A DNA stretch of 64,000 nucleotides from assembly GCF_001194135.2 (NCBI RefSeq), contig NC_068991.1, positions 65,349,026-65,413,025 of the forward strand, given 5' to 3'. This stretch comes from Octopus bimaculoides. Its lineage: Eukaryota. The notes beneath the pieces are model-generated. The model made no database searches and was not told where the DNA came from. It saw only the letters and a list, made by a program, of their open reading frames with translations. Positions within the stretch are counted from its first letter, which is position 1. Every line of letters begins with the position of its first letter. This document shows positions 12,246 to 24,124 of the stretch, one piece after another. The position numbers were made by a program, and so were the translations under genes.

Positions 12246-13418
12246 TTAATGAGCCAAAAATATTTTGAGAAAAATCTCCCTTCTCAAATACAAGAAAACA
12301 ATGAAAGAGTTTGGTAACATGCTAAAATGGCCTGTGATAATAATATATTTCTCTGAGCCCCTTGATTATTTTCTTCTATTTGAAAAGGGCAAATTTTCAT
12401 GAGATATTACAAATTCATTAAACAAATTTCATGAAATTATACATCTTTTCCTCTTCGTTTTCATTTATTGATATCACCTTGTTTTGCTTAAAATCTCACC
12501 TACATTTCTCAGGTTTTAGCTAACACCTTTATTACACATATTGCAATGCTTCAAGCAAATTACAATACTATTTTGTCGTAACAGAGAGATTCATAATTAA
12601 GAAGTTAGTCCAAAACATAGAATTTACTTGATCTTTTCTGCTTTTATCTTGTGTATTAACACCCACCTCCTATAAAAGGTTGATGTTTGTGGTAAAAATA
12701 AAAGAAAGTTGGTGAAGGTTATTTTCTCAGTGAGTCAAATTTTGGTGTTATTAGATAAGTTTTAAAAACAAAAAAGCAGATATGCTATCTGTAAATTCAA
12801 AGATAATGTATTTCTTGGTTTTTCTTCGTAAGAATCTGTCAAATTGAAAATGCTTCAACTCTGAACAGCAAATACATTTATTGGTTTCTTGTTCATAGCT
12901 TTTTAAGTTCTTTTTAAAAAACCAGATAATAAACTCAAGCTAAGAGTTAGGATTGGTTTACAAGAAGAAAAAAAAAAAAGGAATCAAGTGGTAAGAAGTT
13001 TGCTTCCCAACCACATAGTTCCTGGTTCAGTCCCACTACTTGGCACCTTGGATATGTGTTTTTTACTACAGTCCTGGATTGACCAATGCCTTGTGAGTTG
13101 ATTAGGTAGATGGAAACTGAAAGTCCATCACACACACACACACACACATATATATCTCGTCAGCATATCATATATCCGAAAAAGAAAAAAAACACTGTAA
13201 AGCATAGAGCAGTAATGTATTTATATGCAGTTAAGTCTATGTCTGGTCATAGAGTGACCAATGGTTTCACATCCTTGCAAAAACATTGGTCATGCTATGA
13301 CTAGACATATATTTAACAGCTCACACATACACATATATTGTTATTATGTGAAACTGTCGTATGTCCAAATGTGGCTAGGTACATTTTTTTTTTCAATATT
13401 TCTTTTTGTTTGCAATAG

Positions 13419-13510
13419 CTGGTTCTTTTGGTCAAACTATCGTATCTCCAGCTGCTTCAGATGCCAAGATATCAGAAACTGTCAAAGTACAACAGTTTTG
13501 CTATGGAATG
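13419..13510 (+). CDS. Candidate internal exon (frame uncertain)
   Basis: Strong polypyrimidine acceptor ...tttgcaatag; weak donor GTGAAA at 13511. Phase-1 reading GSFGQTIVSPAASDAKISETVKVQQFCYGM or phase-0 reading LVLLVKLSYLQLLQMPRYQKLSKYNSFAME. Confidence 0.4.
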
Positions 13511-13586
13511 GTGAAACTATTTTTTCATTTTCTGAAAAAGCAACGTCTTGGATTTACACTACTTTTGCATACATAGCAACAGCATG

Positions 13587-13625
<39 letters not shown>

Positions 13626-16214
13626 ATGCAAGTGTCTTGTGTTGATGTTGTGCCCTCCCCACCTGCTTGACAACTGGTGTTAGTTTGTTTATGTCCCCAT
13701 GACCTAACAGTTTGGTAAAAGAGACCAATAACATAAGTAACAAATTTTAAAAATAAAGTGCTGGGGTCAATCTGCCCAGCTAACTTTTTTAAGGCAGGGT
13801 ATCAGTATGGTCACAGTCTAATGATTGAAACAAGCAAAATATATTCCTTTTTTTTTTTTAATTGTCAGAAATAACTACTTGTAATATATTGAAGTTAAAT
13901 TCAGTTGACTATACTGCACCGCCTTCAAAAATTAATTTAGCATGTAATCAAAAGATGACTAAGAATGTCTAACTTTGTATAAGCAGTGGGGTCAATTACA
14001 GTAAATACAGTATGTATTTAGAGATCATTGTAGGGTTTGAACTTAGGTTATAAAGATACATAACTAAATACTACAAGGCATTTGATTCAGCACTACTGTT
14101 TCTACCATTTACTGCCCTAAAAATTGTTTCAAATTTTGGCACAAGGTCTAGCAATTTTAAGGGGAGCAGCGTTAGTTAATTACATGAACCTCATTGTTAA
14201 ACTGGTACTTATTTTATCAACCCTGAAAGGATGAAAGACAAAGATGGCCTTGGTGATATTTTACTGAAACACACTGTCTTTGTTTCATCTAATTTTGAAA
14301 GTACTGAAGAATTTAGGAAAATAACCGATTATTAAGCTGGTGTTTGAAACAAATTAACTTGAAATTTCAATGGAAAGTTATAATTTATACGACCTTCAAA
14401 ACAGGAAATTGTACTATTGACCCAGGGTGGTCTCAAACAGGTAGACACCAAAAGGGTTACAGAGCAAGAAGAAATGCCACTAAGGTATACAAACAATTCC
14501 TGCCAGCTCATCATCTTCCTTACTACACTATGATTGCTAACTAAAGTACAAGGTCACTTATTTTAGAGTGGAGACAGAGTACAATCGATGAGATTACACA
14601 GTCCTTTGCTAGTTACCTATTTTATCAAAGCTGGAAAGATGAAATGCAAAGTTGGTCTTGGCAGAATTTGAATTCACAATATAATTAAACAGAATGAGGC
14701 ATTTATACCATCTGTTATTTACTATCCTAATAATAGGGTTCTTTTTTCTAATTTAGGAACAAGACTAGTAATTTTTTGGGGAAGATGTTAGTTGATACCA
14801 TGGCCCCATTAATAGACTGTTTCTTTATTTTATCAATCCTGAAATGATGGAAAGCAAAAACAATCTTGATAGGATTCAAACTCAGAACATTATTTAAGAG
14901 TACAAAGTATTTATTCCAGGCCATACGATCTGTTATCACCATAATAACGATACTTACACTCTTTCTTTAGCTTTAGTATAAAAACACCAACAGAAAACAA
15001 ACATTCCATTTTCTTTCATGAGCAAGGATGAGTATTATATAACCTCTTGTAAAGGTGTCTAAATGGGAAGAAAATGAAAAATTAGAAAGTGAAAAAAAAC
15101 TATGCTAGGTATAAACATAGCTATATTCTTTTAGGTTCAGTTCCACTATGTAGCACCTTAGGTAAGTGTCTTCTTTGGTAGACTTAAGAATGAGATTTTA
15201 TAGTTGGAAATTATATTAAATCTGTTGTGTGTGTGTGTGTATATATATATGTGCCAGCATGGAAAACAGATGTTAAATGATGATGATGATATATGCATGT
15301 ATGTGTGTGTGTGTATGTGTTTATATGTTGGGATTTCAAATTGTACCCCTTCATATCAAAACGCTAACAGCTGTCTGATGTGCAGACAAGGCTGTGATTA
15401 AGAAATTTGGTTTGTAGCTATATCGCTTCAAGCTTGATCTTGTTGTGTGGTACTTTGAGCATGTGTCTTCTGCTATTACCTTGAGTCAACATAAGGGTGA
15501 AATTCAATAGACCAGAACCCATCATTTTATATATATATATGGATTTTTACCGATATAAACTAATTAACTAGTAAGTGGGGAAAAAAAGTTGCTTCTCAAC
15601 CACATAGTTCTGGGTTCAGTTCCATTGTGTGGCACTGTGGGCAGACAGAAACCGAAAGAAGCCTGTGTTCAGCCCAGTGTGGCCAATAAAGAAAGTTATG
15701 AAGTATTAATGGTCAACTTATCGAGTTATCTCCCTTGACTCCTTTGTCCACCATGCATGAAACTTACAAGAACAATGGAATAATTACCAGACAAAACCCT
15801 AGGGTCAATACAATTGATTAAGACCTTCAAAGGGTGTACCCCAGCATGACTGGAGTACACCCTTTGAAAGCTAGTAAAAGAATGGAAAAGAAATGCTACG
15901 GTTGCTTTTTTTCCCCCTACATAGTGTATTTTAGGACTACACATTCAACATTCTTCCTTTTTTTTTAGAAAAAAAAAGGTGTAATTTGAGGGTGTTTTGC
16001 TGCTATGACTAGCAGTTTGAGGGTTTTGATTAACAACTTTTTATAATGGCCTACTTCAGATGTGTTTATGGCTTATATGTTAATCATATCTTACAGATAA
16101 TAATATCCTTGCATACCCACCACCTATCTTTTTTTCCCGTCCCTGACAATGTTTATGTAAGCAAAAATCAAATTATTACAAAAGACTGTTTAAAAGCCAT
16201 CAACTGTTCATGGC

Positions 16215-16369
16215 CTGGGTTAGAAGCTCACTTCTAAACCAAATGGTTTTGGGTTCAGTCCCTTTGCACAGCACCTTGGGTAAGTGTCTTTTACAAAAAC
16301 CCCAAGCCAACCAATGCCTTGAGAGTGAATTTGGTAGATGGAAACTGTATGGAAGCCCATCATATGTAC

Positions 16370-16404
<35 letters not shown>

Positions 16405-16605
16405 GGTACTGGTCCCCCCTGCCACATGACAATTGGTGTTGGTTTGTTTATGTTCTTGTAACTTAACAGTTCAGCAAAAAAGGCCAACAGAATAAGTGTT
16501 AGCCTTCAAAAGAAAAAAAAAAAAAAAAAAAAAAAAAGTAGAAGTTGATTCAAGATGGTGCCTCAGCATGGCCACAATCCAGTGACTGAAACAAATAAAA
16601 GAAAA
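16215..16605 (+). mobile_element. Degenerate SINE family A
   Basis: Head, (TG)n middle and tail all recognisable against the full copies. Confidence 0.8.
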
Positions 16606-18557
16606 TAAAAGATAAATGCTTGAGACTCAAAGAGAATATTCCAGTGGTCCACCTGCAACCAATCCTTAGCATAGAAGCTCCCTTATTGGTTTAGTTGTAT
16701 TAGCAAGTAAATAAAGCCAAGTACATTGAACCTGAATCTAAGAGGGAGTTCAAAACTAGGTCTCAGTGAAATACTTTACTGATATTTTGTATAATGATTT
16801 TCATCGAAATCAACCAGTAACAAGTAAAATTTGAGCCAACAGCCCTAAGACCTCAAACTAAATACCATGAAGAATTTTGATTCTTTGAAAACAAACATCT
16901 GAAAGCCGAGTAATCAGCTGTGTCAGCCTTATCAAACTTTTGCTGAACCTTTCTGCCTCACTCTCAAGTCTACCAAACAACCATAAGGGTCAGGCCAACA
17001 TTTCTTATTCAGACTGATGATTATTTATTACATAGGCACAAGCCACAAACTTTTGGAAGAAGTACTTATATTTCACCTCATACCAAGACTAAAAAAAAAA
17101 CAGCCCCTGCTGACCAAACATAACACTATGATTGATATCAACTGTCATTGATAATTTTGAAAAATCAAACATTTAAAAACTATTTATTGACAGTGAAACA
17201 ATAGCTGTTGCTGTTTATGAGGATAGCCATGGGTCAGTTTTGCTATATTACACACAGAACAGAAGTAGATAACCAAAGATGTTAAGCTGAACAGATCTTT
17301 GTTACAACACCCACCCTATTTCACTAACCAAGATGATTATTTGGTTAAGGATTATAATCATGGCATTTTGGTCTAAAATGTGATCACATTTTGAAAACTG
17401 GTAAAATAGTCATTGATAAAGATTTAGCTGTTACACTGTAAGGGTTGAAGGAGAACATAACATTTTCTTCACTGGAATGCAACAGCTCACATTCTTGGTT
17501 AAAATAGCACAACATGATAAATTGGTTTACACAATGCTTGGAAATTCTTAACTGCTGCAACTTTAATAGCAAATAACCAGCAGAACTGAATAAGCTTTGG
17601 TAAAATGTGAACACAAAATAATGAAGCACTAATTAATTAAACAGTGCAGTAGGGTTGACTTTGTAACAAAGGTTTGTCTTCCCTTAATACCTGATTTCAG
17701 CTGCTCAAAAGAACTGTGTGAGTATTAAAAAGAACCATGTGAAGCATCTGCAGGATACGGAACTTCAAGGAGTTATTAAACTGGGAATCATAGACTGGAG
17801 TAACCACTCACTGAACCAGTGGTCCAAAAATAAAAAGGGGGAATAAAAGTACATTCTAAATTTAACAATTTGTGCCCAAAACTCTCTTGCAAAAGAACGT
17901 GTTAAATCTCTGATCAAGCTCCTTTATTTTCCGATTTCAATTCCAGTATTTTTTTTTTTTTTTTTTTTTTTCTGTTGCACCAGACAAAAGAAGAATATGG
18001 TTGGGATTAAAACATAAAAAATGAACACAAGATGAATAATAGATATTAGAAGCTTGATACTGTTATAGATAGATATTTTAAAGAATGACAAACATTACCA
18101 CTATTGTATAGTTTGCTTTAATAAAAAGATATGAAGTTAAGTTTATTTTCTTTCTGTTTCTTTGGCCAAAAAAAAAAAAAAAAATGAAACATTTGGAATG
18201 TGTTTATTTTTTAAATAGAATTGTTCAGGAGTATCTTGGGATTTTAGTTTTGGAATGGACTGGATATATTTATTTATTGTTGTCATCATAAGACTTTATT
18301 GGGCAAGACTAGACGCAGGGAACTCACAAATGTGTAAAAAAAAAAAATTTTTTTTAAACTGGGGGAGCAATTTGGCAAGGAGCTAAGCTGTTGTGTTACA
18401 TACTTTCATACACATGTGAAATGGGGGTGAGAGAGAGAGAGAGAAAGAATATAGGGAAGACAAAGGGTGTATAAAAGAAAGTAAAGTTTAAAATATATTC
18501 AACTCCTAATGTTTTCAAGTTAAATATATAATTTAACATTTTTTTTTTTTTTTCCAG

Positions 18558-18634
18558 TGTCATTACCATTAACCAAGAACATATCTCGGCTCTAGTTCTT
18601 GTGGATACACAGAGAAGACTGCTACTGCAGGAGG
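18558..18634 (+). CDS. Candidate internal exon (VITINQEHISALVLVDTQRRLLLQE-G)
   Basis: (T)n-CCAG acceptor, G|GTATGT donor, 77 nt, one open frame (phase 2-1), elevated GC. Confidence 0.55.
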
Positions 18635-19009
18635 GTATGTATAAGGACACATGAACTTTGTTGCTTTAAAGTGTCTCCAAAGCATTATGAAACATCGCTT
18701 TATCTTCCGTAGGATCTGTAATACAAAATATTGAAATATAAGCAAGCTGTTATCAAAGATATTGTTACTAAAAAAAAAAATGTTCTTTTACATAAATTTA
18801 GCAAACATTGAATGATGATTGTTTTACAATAAGAAACACATCTGATGTCTTAGCTACCTGTTCAGTCCTTATATCAATGATTGCTTGAGAGAACTATATC
18901 TACCTTCATCATTATGGTTTCACACAGGTTGTATATGTCAGCTGTTTTATAGCTTTACAACAAATAACCTCACAAAGAAAGTTTTGTGGAAACAAGCAAA
19001 CTAGTAACC

Positions 19010-19222
19010 GATTGAAACCCAGATCAAGAAGAGGCTGGAACACACCCTATGAAAACTTGTTTCCAATAGAACAAGGAAAGCTCACCAATGGACAACACTC
19101 CCAAGGAAGACACAAACATGATAGACCAAAAACAACATGGAGAAGATCCACCGAAACTGAAGCATTGGCAGAAGACAATTGCAATCTCGTTAGTGCCCTG
19201 TGTTCCATATGGAGTTATAGGA
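19010..19222 (+). mobile_element. RTE-clade LINE 3' remnant
   Basis: ..QGRHKHDRPKTTWRRSTETE..LVSALCS resembles the RTE ORF C-terminus (GRPKTTWRR..LV.ALC). Confidence 0.75.
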
Positions 19223-19225
19223 GCC

Positions 19226-19352
19226 AGATTTGTATGAAAACACAGTCAAATTTGTACCTAACCACAGAAGCAGATTTGTACAAAAACGCCATGCCAGGTT
19301 TGTACCAAAGTACCAATCAAGGTTTATACTGAAGTACAGAACCAGATTTGTT
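19226..19352 (+). repeat. Degenerate 24-bp periodic repeat
   Basis: ARRTTT(G/A)T motif at 19226, 19248, 19272, 19296, 19320 and 19344. Confidence 0.8.
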
Positions 19353-19427
19353 GTCATTATCTTAGCTACACATCTTTACTATATGTTTTTATGCCTTCTA
19401 TTGAATAAACTAAAATCACCAGTCAAA

Positions 19428-19573
19428 GAGAAACAGCACAGAATGGTCATAGTTCCAGCCCAGCTCTTCTCCTTTGGCAAACATAAGTTAAAAAACAGAA
19501 GTTTATAATAGCATTGAACTTAGGAATCAGTATTCTCATCTGTTCTACAATTGCAAAATAGATTAAAGATTTG
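19428..19573 (+). repeat. Local duplicon copy 1 (copy 2 at 22429-22581)
   Basis: gagaaacagcacagaatggtcatagttccagcccagctcttctcctttggc...gattaaagatttg shared, with several substitutions and indels. Confidence 0.9.
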
Positions 19574-21414
19574 CTTTTCATTTTGCTTTCTTATTTGCTT
19601 TTCTTATTTTGATTACAATGTCAAGATATCTTCCTGTATAGCATGATACCCCAGAAAACAGAAGTAGCTCAAAGAATTCTCTCTCTAAATGTCACGATAT
19701 CAATAGATTTTTTCATGTCTGGCTTTAAATGTTTGACTTTAAATGCCAAAAATTTACTAATAAAATAATCATTATCATCAATGACTCATGAAAGCATATG
19801 ACCTAGTAGTTAGTGTGTTACACTCATGAGATTGCAATTGTGGATTTGATTCCTGTACTGGGCACTGCATTGTATTCTTGAGCAAAACACTTCATATCAT
19901 ATTGCTCCAGTTCACTCAGTAGTAACCCTGTAACAGACTGGCATCCTGATCAGGGAGAATATTGTGATCTCAGTCACCTATATCGCCATGAAAGTGGATG
20001 ACTAGCCCTATGAATTCTAGGACTCAAGATGGTACTTACTTATCAGTGACTCACAATTTGTCATCCTGGCATAAAACAAACATATCATAAATAAATTATG
20101 AAAAATATTTGAGATATGTCAATGAAGAACCCAGACGAGTCGTAACATGCTGTGACACCTAACCAACCCAAATCAGCTTGAAAAAAACAAAGGGACACAC
20201 ATTCTCTCATACACACGTACACACACACACACACCAAAAATATCAGACAAAAAATATGTAAATTAGGATTATACATTTTTGTTTGATTGCTACTATACTC
20301 TGTGATTAATTCACTAACCAATCAATTGATGAATAACCTTGGATTTACAGTTCATATGGATTGCTTGGTAGATTTGACCAATTCAGATTCCTATATTCTT
20401 TACTTGACACTTTGTTACACAGGTGCTTTTTTTTTTTTTTTCACAGTGAGTACTGAGTGACGTATTCACCTGGATTTCTTCAATCATTCAAACCCACCTG
20501 TCCACCCACACAGCATTTGTACCTTTTCCCAAAATATTAGGCTAGTGAGTAAAAACTATTGAAGTAAGAAATCAAAATTGGACCATGAAGACTTACCAGA
20601 TTAGTACCAATGTGTGTGTGTGTGTGTGAGTGTGAGTGTGTGTTATATCTTACACACACAAATGAAATGATAGATATCAATAATACAAGAATTAATATAT
20701 AACTTTTAAGCAAAAGATATTGTCATCAAATAATCAACATATATATATATAAGGGATACTAGTCTTTAAGAAAGACTAGTTTACAAGCTGAAAAATGACA
20801 AAGTAAACATGATAAATGTTAACATCAAAGAGGCAGAAAACAATATCAAGCTGACACATGATTATATCACATGCACCAAGCAATAATATCAGACAGGCAG
20901 CATATCAATATCAAGCAGATATTTGATCACACAAAGCAGATAAATGATATCTGGCTAACTGGTAAATTATAGTATCAAGCAGGTGATAATATCAAACATG
21001 CAAATAGTGATATTGAACAAAGCAATGATACAAAAAGCAAATATTGATAATAATAAGAAAAATATTAATAGTAATAATAAAAATTAATGAAATTATACAA
21101 GTTTAAAGGATTTAGTACAGTTTTATTAGGAGATGTTAATTAATGCCACATGTTTAGCAGTTAAACTATTAGTCAGTGAAATCAATCAAGCCATGTCTTA
21201 TTAGTGAAATTACTATTTAAATAAGTCAGAGATCTCATAAGTATAATTAGTTAAGTTTCTATGCAAGTTGTATTAATATAACCAGTTTAATTAATTAGAT
21301 TAATAAGACCATTCTAGTGAGAATTTTAGTGTCATCATTTCTTTAGATGTTTGTTTATCAGTGAGAAGAATCAAGCTACAAGTCCCTAAATTTGAGATTA
21401 GTTATTAATTTAGT

Positions 21415-21715
21415 GTGGAGACGCAATGGCCCAGTGGTTAGGGCAGCGGACTTGCGGTTTCGATCCCCAGACCGGGCGCTGTGTGTGTTTATTGAGCGAA
21501 ACACTTAAGCTCCACGAGGCTCCGGCAGGGGGTGGTGGCAACCCCTGTTGTACTCTTTCGCCCCAACTTTCTCTCACTCTTTCTTCCTGTTTCTTGAGTA
21601 ACGCTGCGATGGACTGGCGTCCCGTCCAGCTGGGCGGGACACATACGCCAAAGAAACCAGTAAACCGGGCCCATGAGCCTGGCTAGGCTTTGAAAGGGCG
21701 ACGTTTATCGTTATT
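21415..21715 (+). mobile_element. SINE with family-B head and a different 3' tail
   Basis: About 180 bp match family B, then gctgcgatggactggcgtcccgtccag... replaces the family-B tail. Confidence 0.8.
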
Positions 21716-22045
21716 TATTGAGTGAAATCACATTAACTTTATCGTTTATGTTTCTATCTAATTTACAGTTTCACCATTTCTTTTCAGTTTCTTCATATCC
21801 ATATCTCATCATGCCCTTTTCTTTACATTTTTACTTTGGTCTGATAGTCTTAACTCTTCATCTACTTTTAATACGAACCATAAAAAAGACAATGAGTGAG
21901 CCTCTATGTAGTTGTTCAACCTGCTAGAATTGGCAGTCAAATATCCTTAAAATTACATCCTAATGTTTTAAATAAAAAAGGACACACTAGATAATGTAGC
22001 ATTTCACATATTTATAAGAAAGGCTGAATAATCTTAACTGGTATA

Positions 22046-22430
22046 GGCACAGGAGTGGCTGTGTGGTAAGTAGCTTGCTTACCAACCACATGGTTCCGGG
22101 TTCAGTCCCACTGTGTGGCACCTTGGGCAAGTGTCTTCTACTATAGCCCCGAGCCGACCAAAGCCTTGTGAGTGGATGTGGTAGACGGAAACTGAAGAAG
22201 CCTGTCGTATATACGTATATATATGTATGTGTGTGTATATGTTTGTGTGTCTGTGTTTGTCCCCCCCAACATCGCTTGACAACCGATGGTGGTGTGTTTA
22301 CGTTCCCGTAATTTAGCGGTTCGGCAAAAGAGACCGATAGAATAAGTACTAGGCTTACAAAGAATAAGTCCTGGGGTCGATTTGCTTGACTAAAGGCAGT
22401 GCTCCAGCATGGCCGCAGTCAAATGACTGA
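22046..22430 (+). mobile_element. SINE family A, near full length
   Basis: High identity to 58271-58684; the 3' end is fused to duplicon copy 2. Confidence 0.9.
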
Positions 22431-23134
22431 GAAACAGCACAGAATGGTCATAGTTCCAGCCCAGCTCTTCTCCTTTGGCTAACACGAGTTAAAAAAAGGG
22501 AAGTTTATAACAACATTGAACTTAGGAATCAGTATTCTTATCTGTTCTTAAGCTACAATTGCAAAATAGATTAAAGATTTGTCAGGAAATTACTCAACAA
22601 AACTATAAAGAGATTGGATTGCTGAGTCCATTTTTGGAATATGGTAAAGTATTACCCTTGTAGCAAATATAATCCTTTCTTATTTTGATACAAGGCCAGC
22701 AATTTTGAGGGGAGGAGTCTAGTTGATTACATTGACCCTAGTACTTAACTGGTACTTATTTTATCCTTTTGCCTTTCATCCTTTCAGGATGAAAGGCAAA
22801 GGTGACCTAGACAGAATTTGAACCGAGAATGTAAGTACAGGTGAACTACTATTAATCATTTTGTCCGATGAGCAAACAATTCTATCCCCCACCTTACTAG
22901 CAGCAGATATTATTATTATTACTATTATTAATGTGGCAAGCTGGCAGAATCATTAACATCACAATCATATCTTACAGATGTTTCTGCTGTAAGGAACTGT
23001 GCACCCAGTGTGACATTATGACTTCCTCAGAACCATTTGAATGACTTCATTCAAATAGCTCTGAGGAAGCTACACGATATTGCACAGGTACTCATCTTTG
23101 TGCACATAATTCCTTATAGCAGAAACATGTTTAA

Positions 23135-23360
23135 CCCTTTCATTACCATATTTTTTTTTTTTTAGATGCTCTGTGATTCTTTTAATTAATCTTAAATATA
23201 ACAAAGAATTTAGTAAAATAACTTAGTTACCATTAAGCGAGTGTTAAGAACATAAATTGCGACTAAGTTTTGGTGGAAGATTTTAATTCAAAATTTACGA
23301 AAACAAGACAATTGTGCTACAGAGCCAGAGGTGGTTTCAGCCGGGTTGGTATCAAAAGGG
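23135..23360. mobile_element. piggyBac-like MITE family, copy 1
   Basis: TTAA at 23131-23134 and 23361-23364, CCC...GGG ends; same family as 38990-39209 in the opposite orientation. Confidence 0.85.
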
Positions 23361-24013
23361 TTAAGCTTATAAAAGTGCTTACATAACTTCTGTTCTTTCA
23401 TCATTTACTTATCAATATTGCACTCTGTGCTTACTCGCCGCTTTCTATAAGAGTCCAGAGCAGGGAAAATCTAACAATTCCCTTTCTCACTGCCAGTCCA
23501 TACACATATTGAGTTCTAACACCTAGTTATTGGCACCATTGTAGGTAAGCGAAATCCTAAAACGTATGTGTGTGTGTGTGTGTATATCACATAGCTATTT
23601 ATAGTGTTGTAGGTTTTACATATCTAACAACACCTCATCTACTGTTTAACAATCTATGTCTGTAAGTTATTAATCTGTGTTTAGATGTAAATGCATACTA
23701 TATTAATACATTTCTAACTAATATCACAAAATATATATAGGTCATTAATGAATGTATATTAGTATATGATGGGGGTATTAATGTTAAAATGTAAATTTGT
23801 AATAATATTAATTAGTTTTAATTAACACAGAAGATTAATTAATACTACTGAATTTCAAATACAAAGGTAAAACAATGACAAGCAACATATATTTGCCATC
23901 TTTAAATATTTTTTGACATGCATTCAAGATGCAAGACAGAAAATTTGCAGGGTGGTTGAATTAAGAGACAGGCAGCAGGTAATAGGAAGAGAATATAGAA
24001 TTGAAACCTTTGT

Positions 24014-24124
24014 CTAGGGTCCTGTTAAATAGAGACAAGGAGCCGGAGGTGTAAAGCCAATTATGAAGGCTTCTTTTAGAATTTGCATAGAAACACGAGC
24101 ACCATGCCCAAGTTTCTTCTTAAT
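24014..24124 (-). CDS. Candidate terminal coding exon (IKKKLGHGARVSMQILKEAFIIGFTPPAPCLYLTGP*)
   Basis: Acceptor ttgttgaattttcag, phase 0; 36 protein-like codons then TAG; GC above flanks. Family not recognised. Confidence 0.55.
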   Translation of the reverse strand: MKKKLGHGARVSMQILKEAFIIGFTPPAPCLYLTGP

